Positions 35,120-44,670 of a stretch of 52,356 nucleotides of DNA are shown here, in pieces. The stretch lies in NCBI GenBank assembly GCA_031260185.1, contig JAIRKI010000008.1:1-52356 (forward strand). Reading direction: 5' to 3'. Under the pieces are notes generated by a model. That model was not told the DNA's origin, did no database searches, and worked only from the letters and a program-made list of their open reading frames with translations. The DNA is from Synergistaceae bacterium. GTDB lineage: Bacteria; Synergistota; Synergistia; Synergistales; Synergistaceae. Every line of letters starts with the position of its first letter. The stretch's first letter is position 1. The translations under genes were made by a program, and so were the position numbers.

Positions 35120-38100
35120 AATTCCAGTTTAAGATACAGCCGTTTCAGACGGAAGCCGCCGAGGCGGTGGCGCGCGTGTTCAATGGACAGCCCAAACAGG
35201 AGGGCGTGACTTACCGCCGTGATTTAGGACAGATGATAGACCGAAGAACAGGGCAATATGAAATTCAATTCGACGATGACCCAGGTTATCGTAACGCTGC
35301 CGTGGAACTGTCCGACGAACAGATTCTCAAAAATATCCGCGGACTGCAAGCGGAGCACAACATCAAACTCTCGCCGTCGCTTGTCAAAGAACTTGGCGCG
35401 GCATCGCTGGATGTCGAAATGGAAACCGGCACTGGCAAGACCTACGTCTACATCAAGACGATGTTCGAGCTTCACAAACGCTTCGGATGGAGTAAATTTA
35501 TCGTCGTCGTGCCGTCCATAGCGATCCGCGAAGGAGTGAAGAAGTCGTTCGAGATGACGCGGGAACACTTTATGGAATTGTACGGCATAAAGGCGCGGTT
35601 CTTCGTGTACAATTCCTCGAACTTGCACCAGTTGGACGAGTTTTCCAGCGGAACCGGCATCAACGTGATGATTATAAACACGCAGGCCTTCAACACGACG
35701 CTCAACGAAAGCAAAAATGTCGAGGGACGAAGCGGCAACGAGGCGGCGCGTATCATTTACACAAAACGCGACGAATTCGGATCGCGCAGACCTATAGACG
35801 TAATCAAGGCGAACCGCCCGATCATCATACTGGATGAGCCTCAAAAAATGGGCGGCGCGGCGACGCAAAACGCGCTGAAAAACAACTTCAACCCGCTGTT
35901 TTCGTTGAATTACTCCGCGACGCACAAGACATCGCATAACCTTGTCTATGTTCTCGACGCGCTCGACGCGTTTAAGAAAAAGCTCGTCAAAAAGATCGAG
36001 GTAAAAGGTTTCGATATAAAGAACCTGCGCGGCACGGACAGGTATCTGTATCTGGAAGAAATAATTGTGGACCGCAAAAAGCCGCCACGCGCCCGCATGG
36101 AGTTCGAGGTAAAATATCAGTATGGCATAAAGCGCGAGGTTCATATCCTCGGCGCGAACGACAGCCTGTACGCCGCGTCCAATGGACTGGAGGAATACAA
36201 AGACATCGTGATTGCCGAAGTTGTGCCGGAACAAAAAGGTGTGACGAAGCGCGGCTATGTGGTATTCAGCGATGGCGAATCACTGCTCGCGGGATTGGCC
36301 AGCGGCGACGTCAACGAGGACGACATCAGACGCGTCCAGATACGCGAAACGATACGCTCCCACTTCGACAAAGAGGAAGCGCTGTTCAAGCAAGGAATAA
36401 AGTGCCTGTCGCTTTTCTTCATCGACGAAGTGGCGAAATACCGCGCCTACGCTGAGGATGGCGAGGAATTGTCGGGCGAGTATGGCAAAATTTTCGAGCG
36501 GGAATATACCGCTGAGCTTAACGAGCGGAAGACGCTGTTTCCCGACGAATATCAGGAGTATTTGAGGAAGATCGATGTAAACGCCACACATCGCGGGTAT
36601 TTCTCCATAGACAAGCAAGGTCGGGCCATGAACAGCGCGGTCAAACGCGGCAGCGAATTTTCGGACGACATTTCCGCCTATGACCTGATTTTGAAGAACA
36701 AAGAACGGCTGTTGTCGTTCGAGGAGCCGACGCGGTTCATTTTCTCGCATTCCGCGCTCCGAGAGGGCTGGGACAACCCGAACGTATTCCAGATATGCGC
36801 GCTGAAACACTCCGACAACGCGACGGCAAAACGCCAAGAGGTCGGGCGCGGCCTTCGCCTGTGCGTCAATCAGTCCGGCGACAGGCAGGACATTGACGTT
36901 TGCGGGGGAACACTCGTGCATGATGTCAACAAATTGACCGTTGTCGCCGGCGAGAGTTACGCCGGTTTTGTGGCCGACCTGCAAAGCAAAATCCGCGACG
37001 ACCTGTATGAACGCCCGACAAAGGCGAGCGTTGAATATTTCACGGATAAGCGCGTCCGTCTGAACGGCGAAATCCATACATTGACTGTCCAACAGGCGAC
37101 GGCGGTTTACAACTACCTTGTCAGAAACGACTACGTCGACGACAACGGGGCGATAACTTCCGAATACCGCAACGCGGTTGAAAATGGGCTGCTCGCGCCG
37201 CTGAAAAACGATCTCGCGCCATTGGCTGACGGAATACATGCTTTGGTGCGGGCAATCTTTGACCCAAGCGTCCTGCAAGACATGATCGAGGACGGACACG
37301 ATACGAAACTCAAAAGCAACCCGCTCAACGAGAACTTTTACAAGCAGGAGTTTCAGGACTTGTGGAAGGCGATCAACAGACGCTACGCCTATACGGTCGA
37401 ATTCGACAGTCATGAACTGATCGAGAAATCCGCCGACGCGCTGAACGCGAATTTGCGCGTCGCTGAACTGATGTATACCACAACGACGGGCGCGCAAAAG
37501 GACGGTATGGACCTGGGCGTCACGGAAACGAAAACCCGGAAGCTCAAACACTCGCAGGGCAGTTCAGTAGCCTATGACCTCATTGGCAAAATCGCGGAGG
37601 GCACGGCGCTGAGCCGGCGTACAGCCGCCGCTGTCCTCAAAAAACTGAACCGGGAAAAACTGTATTTGTTCCAATTGAACCCCGAAGAGTTCATACAGCG
37701 GGTGATCGAGGAAATCAACAGGCAAAAGGCGGCTGTGATCGTGGAGCATATTTCCTATCAACCGAGCGCGGATGAGCCGTACTCGCAGGACATATTCAAC
37801 GTGAGCAAATCGTCGCCGGAGTACGCGAAAGCGTTTCGCGCGAAGAAGGCGATACAGGATTTCGTTTTTACCGACGGCATCGCGGAAAACAGCGTCGAAC
37901 GCCGCTTCGCGGAGGATATAGACACCGCCGAAGAAGTGGCGGTCTACGCGAAATTGCCGCGCGGCCCAAAAGGGTTTTATATCCCGACGCCTGTGGGAAA
38001 CTACAGCCCTGATTGGGCTATCGCGTTCAAACGGGGAACCGTGAAACATATTTTCTTCATCGCCGAAACGAAAGGCACGATGGACAGCCTGAACCTGCGC

Positions 38101-38223
38101 CCCATCGAGCAGGCGAAGATACGCTGCGCGAAGAAACTGTTCAACGAGATTTCCACCGCGGGAGTGAAGTACCACGACGTGGACAGCTATCAGACTCTGC
38201 TGGAAATCATGCGGACGCTGTAA
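35116..38223 (+). CDS. res: Type III restriction endonuclease Res subunit (SF2 helicase + C-terminal PD-(D/E)xK)
   Basis: METGTGKTYVY (Walker A), IIILDEPQKM (motif II), C-terminal YSPDWAIAF...FFIAETKG nuclease motif. Confidence 0.85.
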   Translation: MKFQFKIQPFQTEAAEAVARVFNGQPKQEGVTYRRDLGQMIDRRTGQYEIQFDDDPGYRNAAVELSDEQILKNIRGLQAEHNIKLSPSLVKELGAASLDVEMETGTGKTYVYIKTMFELHKRFGWSKFIVVVPSIAIREGVKKSFEMTREHFMELYGIKARFFVYNSSNLHQLDEFSSGTGINVMIINTQAFNTTLNESKNVEGRSGNEAARIIYTKRDEFGSRRPIDVIKANRPIIILDEPQKMGGAATQNALKNNFNPLFSLNYSATHKTSHNLVYVLDALDAFKKKLVKKIEVKGFDIKNLRGTDRYLYLEEIIVDRKKPPRARMEFEVKYQYGIKREVHILGANDSLYAASNGLEEYKDIVIAEVVPEQKGVTKRGYVVFSDGESLLAGLASGDVNEDDIRRVQIRETIRSHFDKEEALFKQGIKCLSLFFIDEVAKYRAYAEDGEELSGEYGKIFEREYTAELNERKTLFPDEYQEYLRKIDVNATHRGYFSIDKQGRAMNSAVKRGSEFSDDISAYDLILKNKERLLSFEEPTRFIFSHSALREGWDNPNVFQICALKHSDNATAKRQEVGRGLRLCVNQSGDRQDIDVCGGTLVHDVNKLTVVAGESYAGFVADLQSKIRDDLYERPTKASVEYFTDKRVRLNGEIHTLTVQQATAVYNYLVRNDYVDDNGAITSEYRNAVENGLLAPLKNDLAPLADGIHALVRAIFDPSVLQDMIEDGHDTKLKSNPLNENFYKQEFQDLWKAINRRYAYTVEFDSHELIEKSADALNANLRVAELMYTTTTGAQKDGMDLGVTETKTRKLKHSQGSSVAYDLIGKIAEGTALSRRTAAAVLKKLNREKLYLFQLNPEEFIQRVIEEINRQKAAVIVEHISYQPSADEPYSQDIFNVSKSSPEYAKAFRAKKAIQDFVFTDGIAENSVERRFAEDIDTAEEVAVYAKLPRGPKGFYIPTPVGNYSPDWAIAFKRGTVKHIFFIAETKGTMDSLNLRPIEQAKIRCAKKLFNEISTAGVKYHDVDSYQTLLEIMRTL

Positions 38224-38367
38224 AATGTTCTTAAAACCGTTGTACCGCAATGATTTATACTCGACAGCGATAACATTATTACATCGTTATAACTATTTGC
38301 GCGGCTTGCTGCTATGGTTTATGGCTTTCAGCGCGCCGCGCGGATTTCTGTCGGGACTCGTTGAATC

Positions 38368-39657
38368 ATGATGGAACTTTTCGAGATTTCTGAGGAAAAA
38401 ACGCTTTTCGAGACTCCGCTTGCCGAGCGTATGCGCCCTGCGAGCCTGGATGAGTACGCCGGGCAGGAGCACATACTAGGCCCCGGGAAACCACTGCGCG
38501 CGCTGATCGAACAGGGGCGAATCCCCAGTTGTATTCTTTACGGCAATCCCGGAGTGGGCAAGACCACGCTTGTCAGGCTGATGGCGCATACCGCCGCCCG
38601 CCGGATGTTCGAGATAAACGCGGTGAGCGCGAATGTCTCGCAGATACGCGACATCACCGACGAGGCCGCCGCGTCGAAAAAAGCCTCCGGCAGAACCGCG
38701 ATCGCGTTCGTGGACGAGATTTATCACCTCAACAGCAGGCAGCAAAACGTCCTGCTGCCCGCCGTTGAGCGCGGCGATGTCATTCTCGTCGGAACCACGT
38801 CCGAAAACCCATGGTTCGAGATAAACAAGACCCTCCTGTCGAGGATGATAGTTTACACATTGAATCCGCTCGGCGCACTCGACGTCGAGCGCCTCCTGGC
38901 CCGCGCGCTGTCCGACGAAACGCGCGGACTGGGACGACTCGGCATGGAGTGCGAGGACGGAGCGCTCGCGTACATAGCCTCGCTGTGCGGGGGCGACGCG
39001 AGGCAGGCGCTGACGAGGCTCGAAACCGCCGCGACCGGCGTGGCTATGGGCGGAGGCAGCCGTTTGACGCGGGAGGCGATAGACAGGGCGACGGGGCGCG
39101 GAACCCTGAGATACGACAGGGCGAGCGCGGACCATTATTCCGTGATATCCGCGCTGATAAAAAGCGTCCGGGGTTCAGACCCCGACGCCGCGTTGTACTG
39201 GATGGCGCGGATGCTGGCCTCCGGCGACGACGTGAAATTCATATGCAGGCGCTTATGCATTCTCGCCTCGGAGGACATCGGGCTGGCCGACACGATGGCG
39301 CTGGTTGTGGCCGAGAGCGCGGCCGCCGCGTGCGACCGCGTTGGCCTGCCCGAGGCGAAACTCATTTTGGGCGAAGCGGTCATCTATCTCGCGGCCGCTC
39401 CCAAGAGCAACAGCGCGTACAAGGCGATAAGCGCGGCGGAGAACGCCGTGCTGTCTGGCAACATGATGGAAGTCCCGTCGCACCTGCGAAACGACGGCGA
39501 AGGATACGTCTACCCTCACGACGACCCGAGGCACTGGGTTCCGCAGAGCTATCTTCCGGAGCCGTCGCGTTTTTATTTCCCAGGCAAAATCGGCGCGGAA
39601 GTAAAACTCGCCGAACGGCTCAAGCGCTTCTGGAAACGTTTCTCAGAGGAATCGTAA
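38368..39657 (+). CDS. rarA: Replication-associated recombination protein A (MgsA/RarA AAA+ ATPase)
   Basis: LAERMRPASLDEYAGQEHILG, GNPGVGKTT, FVDEIYHLN, MgsA C-terminal domain (ALYWMARML). Confidence 0.9.
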   Translation: MMELFEISEEKTLFETPLAERMRPASLDEYAGQEHILGPGKPLRALIEQGRIPSCILYGNPGVGKTTLVRLMAHTAARRMFEINAVSANVSQIRDITDEAAASKKASGRTAIAFVDEIYHLNSRQQNVLLPAVERGDVILVGTTSENPWFEINKTLLSRMIVYTLNPLGALDVERLLARALSDETRGLGRLGMECEDGALAYIASLCGGDARQALTRLETAATGVAMGGGSRLTREAIDRATGRGTLRYDRASADHYSVISALIKSVRGSDPDAALYWMARMLASGDDVKFICRRLCILASEDIGLADTMALVVAESAAAACDRVGLPEAKLILGEAVIYLAAAPKSNSAYKAISAAENAVLSGNMMEVPSHLRNDGEGYVYPHDDPRHWVPQSYLPEPSRFYFPGKIGAEVKLAERLKRFWKRFSEES

Positions 39658-39732
39658 ATCAAAACCAAAACCTCGAGGCTCCGCCCCGAACCCCGCAAGG
39701 GGCGAGCCCCTTGACCCCGATATTGAGAGGGT

Positions 39733-39780
39733 GCAGGGAGCTTGCTCCCTGCCGGGTGCGGGCAGCGCCCGCGGTTTTTT
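39733..39780 (+). terminator. Tandem hairpins ending in a rho-independent terminator after rarA
   Basis: GCAGGGAG-CTTG-CTCCCTGC (39733-39752), then GCGGGC-AGC-GCCCGC followed by GG and T6 (39758-39780). Confidence 0.7.
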
Positions 39781-39868
39781 GAACGGCGCGGCGCGATTGA
39801 CGATCGGAAATCAAACAATTATCATAAACGGCGTGCATGTTTGTTTTTGACCGAGGGAGGGGAAATTT

Positions 39869-41266
39869 TTGCATTCGAACGCTCCGCGAGTTCCGCGGCA
39901 TATTTTCAGGGAGTACGACATAAGGGGCCTCGCCGAAAGGGAGCTTTCCGACGAAATCGCGGGCGCGATCGGAGCGGCGTATGGGACCTACCTCTCGGGC
40001 AAGGGCATTTATTCGGCTGTGGCCGGAGGCGACGCCAGATTATCCACGCCACGGATAAAATCCGCCGTCGTCGACGGACTTACGTCCGTCGGGATTTCCG
40101 TCACCGATATCGGACTTTCGGCGACGCCGGCGTTTTACTGGAGCCTTTACCATTTCGACGTCTCAGGGGGCGTGATGGTGACAGGCAGCCACAATCCGCC
40201 AGAGTTCAACGGACTCAAGCTCGCCCGCGGAAAATCCACGATATGGGGCGGCGACATCGTAGAAATATACAAGATAATATCGGAAGGGCGATCGGAAAAA
40301 CCGGGGACGAGAGGCGCCGTCCGCAATGCCGACATTACCGAGGCGTACATCGAGACGCTCGTCTCCAAGATTCGCCTGGGCCCGCGAAAATTGAAGCTGG
40401 TTCTCGACTCGGGCAACGGGACGGGCGGCATATACGCGCCCGCGTTCCTGCGGGCCGTAGGCGCGGACGTGGAGGAGATGTTCAGCGAGCCCGACGGGCG
40501 TTTTCCGAACCACCATCCCGATCCCACAAAGCGCGAATATCTTTTGCCGCTCATGAACACCGTAAAACGCTCGCGCGCGGACGCGGGCATCGGCTTCGAC
40601 GGCGATTCCGACCGCATAGGCGTCGTGGACGACGAGGGAAATATGATTTTCGGCGACCAGCTCATGGCCATATACTGGCGCGAGATACTGCGAAAACACC
40701 CCGGGGCTCTCGCTATCACCGAAATAAAAAGTTCAGCGATGCTGCCGGAGGAGATCGCGCGTCTCGGAGGCAAACCCATGTGGTGGAAATCGGGCCACTC
40801 GCTGGTGAAGGCCATGATGCGCGAGGAAAACGCGCTGTTCGCGGGCGAAGTCTCCGGACACATGTTCTTCGCCGACGAATACTACGGCTACGACGACGCT
40901 TTTTACGCCGCCGGACGCCTCGCGCGCATACTGTCGAACACCGAAAAAAAATTATCGGAACTCGTTGCCGAGCTGCCGCGCTATCACTCCACCGCCGAGA
41001 CGCGATTCCCCTGTCCCGACGAGACGAAATTCGGCGTGGTCGAACGCGTCAAGGAACGCGCACTGAAAGAGGCCGATACCATCACGGTCGACGGCGTTCG
41101 GATAATTTATCCCGACGGATGGAGCCTGCTCAGGGTATCGAACACACAGCCGACACTGGTGTCACGGTGCGAGGGAAAAACCGAAGAAGCCCTGCAACGG
41201 ATATCTGACGACATGAAACGCCGCGTGAGAGAGGCTGGCGGCCCCGATTTCGAGTGGGAATACTGA
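39869..41266 (+). CDS. Phosphomannomutase/phosphoglucomutase-family enzyme
   Basis: Active-site loop VTGSHNPPEFNG and metal loop GFDGDSDR. TTG start 6-7 nt after the GGGAGGGG RBS. Confidence 0.85.
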   Translation: MHSNAPRVPRHIFREYDIRGLAERELSDEIAGAIGAAYGTYLSGKGIYSAVAGGDARLSTPRIKSAVVDGLTSVGISVTDIGLSATPAFYWSLYHFDVSGGVMVTGSHNPPEFNGLKLARGKSTIWGGDIVEIYKIISEGRSEKPGTRGAVRNADITEAYIETLVSKIRLGPRKLKLVLDSGNGTGGIYAPAFLRAVGADVEEMFSEPDGRFPNHHPDPTKREYLLPLMNTVKRSRADAGIGFDGDSDRIGVVDDEGNMIFGDQLMAIYWREILRKHPGALAITEIKSSAMLPEEIARLGGKPMWWKSGHSLVKAMMREENALFAGEVSGHMFFADEYYGYDDAFYAAGRLARILSNTEKKLSELVAELPRYHSTAETRFPCPDETKFGVVERVKERALKEADTITVDGVRIIYPDGWSLLRVSNTQPTLVSRCEGKTEEALQRISDDMKRRVREAGGPDFEWEY

Positions 41267-41314
41267 TGACGGCGTCGTGTCGCGGACGTTTTAAAAAAAT
41301 CGGGAGGCAGACGC

Positions 41315-42388
41315 ATGGAACTTAAATTTGAACCGACCAAAAATCCAAAACACATACCGACGCCGGAAGAATTGGCACGCTCGCGTTTCGGCACGGTGTT
41401 CACAGACCACATGCTGATAATCGACTATGACAGGGGCAAAGGCTGGCATGACGCCCGCGTTGTCCCTTACGGTCCGCTCTCGTTCGAGCCGGCCGCGTGT
41501 TGTTTCCACTACGGGCAGCTCGTCTTCGAGGGGCTGAAGGCGTATAAGACGAAGGACGGACGCGTCGTGATGTTCCGTCCCGAACAGAACATGCGCAGGA
41601 TGAACGATAGTTGCGAGCGCATGTGTATCGCCAAAATCGACGAGAGTGAATTTCTCGAAGCGATAGCCGGGCTGGTGAAGACCGATTCGGCGTGGATACC
41701 GTCCGAACCCGGAACGTCGCTCTACGTGCGCCCGTTCATAGTGGCGAACGAAGCCTTTCTCGGCGTGCGTTCGTCAAATTCGTTCATCTTCATGACGATA
41801 CTGTCGCCCGTCGGTCCCTACTTCACCGGCGGTCTGTCCCCGATTCGGATACGCGTGGAGGACAAATACGTCCGCGCGGTGCCCGGCGGCACGGGTTTCG
41901 CCAAGTGCGCCGGCAACTACGCCGCGTCGCTGAAATCCCAGGAGGAAGCCGACGCGGCCGGTTACTCGCAGGTGCTCTGGCTTGACGGCGTGGAGCGCAA
42001 GTACATCGAGGAAGTCGGCGGAATGAACATAGCTTTTGTCATCGACGGCGAGGCGGTGACGCCGGAACTCAACGGCAGCATTCTTCCCGGCGTCATCAGA
42101 AAATCGGTGATCGAGCTGGTCAAGAGCTGGGGCAAACCGATGATCGAGCGCAAGATATCCATCGGGGAACTCGCCGATTTCCACAAGGCGGGCCGCGTAT
42201 CCGAGGCGATGGCGATAGGCACCGCGGCCGTGATATGCCCGGTCGGCGAACTCAAATGGGGCGATAACGCGATGAAATTCAACGACGGCAAAATCGGTCC
42301 CGTTGCCCAGAGACTGTACGACGAAATCACAGCCATTCAGACCTGCGACGCCCCCGACAAATTCGGCTGGGTGTACGAGGTGAAATAG
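41315..42388 (+). CDS. ilvE: Branched-chain amino acid aminotransferase (class IV, long form)
   Basis: FGTVFTDHM, YGQLVFEGLKAYK, 357 aa. Confidence 0.9.
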   Translation: MELKFEPTKNPKHIPTPEELARSRFGTVFTDHMLIIDYDRGKGWHDARVVPYGPLSFEPAACCFHYGQLVFEGLKAYKTKDGRVVMFRPEQNMRRMNDSCERMCIAKIDESEFLEAIAGLVKTDSAWIPSEPGTSLYVRPFIVANEAFLGVRSSNSFIFMTILSPVGPYFTGGLSPIRIRVEDKYVRAVPGGTGFAKCAGNYAASLKSQEEADAAGYSQVLWLDGVERKYIEEVGGMNIAFVIDGEAVTPELNGSILPGVIRKSVIELVKSWGKPMIERKISIGELADFHKAGRVSEAMAIGTAAVICPVGELKWGDNAMKFNDGKIGPVAQRLYDEITAIQTCDAPDKFGWVYEVK

Positions 42389-42440
42389 ACGGCCGCGCCG
42401 TGAGACGAACCGGGCCGGTTGCAGCCGGTGTAAACACGCT

Positions 42441-43283
42441 CTAATAGCACCCCTTGAATCTCTTGTGCTGGGCGAGCCACTGATCGGGGGCCTCTCTCAC
42501 CATTCGCTCGATCTCCCGGTTCACGGCGGCGGTTATTCCGTAAATTGTACTGCCGCGGTCGCCCGTGTCACCCCACTTTATCGGTTCGCCGACGCGCATT
42601 GTGTGTTTGAACGGGCGTATGCGCCTTATATAAACGGGTATTATGGGTTTTTTCGTCAGGTACGCGAAAACCGCCGGCCCCTGCGGAGTTGACGTTTCAA
42701 GACCGAAAAAAGGGACGGCGATTCCGGCTGGGCCTCCGTGCTGATCCGGCATTATCGCGAGAAACGCGTTTTTTTTCAGCACGGCCAGCGCGCGCGTCAT
42801 CGGGCCTGTGTGTGAGAGAAATTTCCATCCCGCGCGGGCGCGCATCTCGGCTATGACGCCGCGCTCCCCTCCGTCGTCCGATTCGCGCACTATGGCGGTG
42901 ACGTCGTGCCCGCCCTGCGCCAGACGCGAGCAGCACAACTCCCAGTTGCCCACGTGGGCCGCAAGCAATATGCCGCCCTTCGAGCCGTCGAGCGCGGATT
43001 CGTTTTCGAAATCGACCCAGTCCAGGACGAGACGCGGGTCGCGTTGCAGCGCGGCGAACTCTATTCCCATCCAGACGAGATGGTCGTATGTCTTACATAA
43101 AATCGCCACGCGCTCGCGCGGCGTTTTTTCGGGCAACGCTATTTCGAGGTTGCGCGCCGCCGTTCGCTTCCTTATCGGAACCAGCCTGAAGAACCCCCTG
43201 AAGAACAGGGCGAGGCACGCGGCCACGGCGCCGGGCCGCACTATCCTCATCAGGAACCTGATCGCCGACGCCTTGAAACTCAT
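42441..43283 (-). CDS. Lysophospholipid/lipid A (LpxL/HtrB-family) acyltransferase
   Basis: N-terminal TM segment and the HVGNWEL catalytic His motif. The start is moved to the ATG at 43283 (AGGA RBS directly after the tyrS stop). Confidence 0.7.
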   Translation of the reverse strand: MSFKASAIRFLMRIVRPGAVAACLALFFRGFFRLVPIRKRTAARNLEIALPEKTPRERVAILCKTYDHLVWMGIEFAALQRDPRLVLDWVDFENESALDGSKGGILLAAHVGNWELCCSRLAQGGHDVTAIVRESDDGGERGVIAEMRARAGWKFLSHTGPMTRALAVLKKNAFLAIMPDQHGGPAGIAVPFFGLETSTPQGPAVFAYLTKKPIIPVYIRRIRPFKHTMRVGEPIKWGDTGDRGSTIYGITAAVNREIERMVREAPDQWLAQHKRFKGCY

Positions 43284-43287
43284 TCCT

Positions 43288-44568
43288 TCACCTGTTGAAC
43301 CGCAGCAGCCTGAAGTCTTTCTTGCCGATCCTCGTTTGGACGTATCCGCCATCCAGCAGGTCGTCCGAATCCAGGACGCGCGACTCGTCCGTCACGCGTT
43401 CGCCGTTGAGGTAGATTCCGCCCTCGCGTATTTTTCGCCTCGCCTCGCCCTTGCTGGACACGCCGCCCGATGCCAGCAGGCAGTCGACGAGCGGCAGCGG
43501 CAGCGGGGACGCGATGTCCGCCGTGGGTATCTCGGCGGCGAGCGTGTCCAGCAGCGACGCGTCCGACGAACGCGCGTCGCGTTCACCGAAAAGCGCCGCG
43601 CTCGCGCCGCGAACTTTCGCGGCCGTCTCGCTTCCGTGAACGCGCTCCGTCATCTCCCACGCCAGGAGTTTTTGGGCTTCGCGGCGCTCGGGGTGTTCCT
43701 CGTGACGCTTCATGATGTCGTCTATGGATTCGAGGCTCCCGAACGAATACGTCCTGTGCAGCCGGGCTATGTCGCGGTCGTCGGTGTTTGTCCAGAACTG
43801 ATAGAACTTGTAGGGGCTGGTCTTGACGGGGTCGAGGTACACCGCGCCATCCTCGGATTTGCCGAATTTCGCGCCGGACGCGGTGAGCAACAACGGGAAC
43901 GTCAGACCGTACGCCTGCCCGCCGCCGCGTTTTCTGATGAGGTCTATTCCACCCGTTATATTGCCCTGCTGGTCGTTGCCGCCCATCTGAAGCGCGCAGC
44001 CGAACTCGCGGTAGAGATGGTCGAAGTCGTAAGCCTGCAGGAGTATGTATGACAGCTCCGTGTACGTGATGCCCTTTTCGGGGTCGTTGACGCGGTTGCG
44101 CACGTATTCGCGGTTGACCAGGGCGTTTACTGAAAAAAATTTTCCCGTGTCACGCAGGAATTCGATGAAACCGAGCCTCGACAGCCAGTCGTGGTTGTTC
44201 GGCATGATGGCTGACGCGCCGCCGCGGTCGAAGTCGAGAAATTTCGCGAGCTGTTTTTTGATGCGCTCGGCGTTGTGCGCGACCATATCCGCCGACAGCA
44301 ATCGACGCTCTTTCGTCTTGCCGGAAGGATCGCCGATCAGTCCTGTGCCGCCCCCCGCCAGCGCTATCGGGCGGTGTCCCAGTTTTTGCAGCCAGGCGAG
44401 CCCCATGATGGGGATCATATTGCCGACGTGAAGGCTGTCGGCGCTAGGGTCGAACCCGACGTAACCCGTGACCGTCTCCCGCTCCATCTTTCGGCCCAAT
44501 CCGATTGCGTCGCTGCACCACTCGACGAAGCCGCGCCGGGACATTATCTCGCAGAAGTTCTGGGGCAT
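43288..44568 (-). CDS. tyrS: Tyrosine--tRNA ligase
   Basis: HIGH-type motif (SLHVGN), KFGKS (KMSKS), C-terminal S4 domain. Confidence 0.9.
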   Translation of the reverse strand: MPQNFCEIMSRRGFVEWCSDAIGLGRKMERETVTGYVGFDPSADSLHVGNMIPIMGLAWLQKLGHRPIALAGGGTGLIGDPSGKTKERRLLSADMVAHNAERIKKQLAKFLDFDRGGASAIMPNNHDWLSRLGFIEFLRDTGKFFSVNALVNREYVRNRVNDPEKGITYTELSYILLQAYDFDHLYREFGCALQMGGNDQQGNITGGIDLIRKRGGGQAYGLTFPLLLTASGAKFGKSEDGAVYLDPVKTSPYKFYQFWTNTDDRDIARLHRTYSFGSLESIDDIMKRHEEHPERREAQKLLAWEMTERVHGSETAAKVRGASAALFGERDARSSDASLLDTLAAEIPTADIASPLPLPLVDCLLASGGVSSKGEARRKIREGGIYLNGERVTDESRVLDSDDLLDGGYVQTRIGKKDFRLLRFNR

Positions 44569-44670
44569 TTCGTCACATCTCCTTTTTCACGGACATTGGA
44601 ACAGTCACCTCTTGACGATTCAGATTCCCGATATTCTGCATCAATCGCGGGAAAAACGTTAAAAACGGCG

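Noticed and set aside
39658-39732. Small RNA or tRNA in the GC-rich hairpin region after rarA
   Set aside because: There are only short CCCC-GCAA-GGGG and GGGG-CGAG-CCCC hairpins. No cloverleaf is possible in this length. It is best explained as part of the rarA terminator region or a REP-like element.
44569-44670. T-box riboswitch leader upstream of tyrS
   Set aside because: Only about 100 nt lie between tyrS and the upstream kinase stop, which is too short for a T-box. I could not find a T-box consensus or a specifier/antiterminator arrangement.
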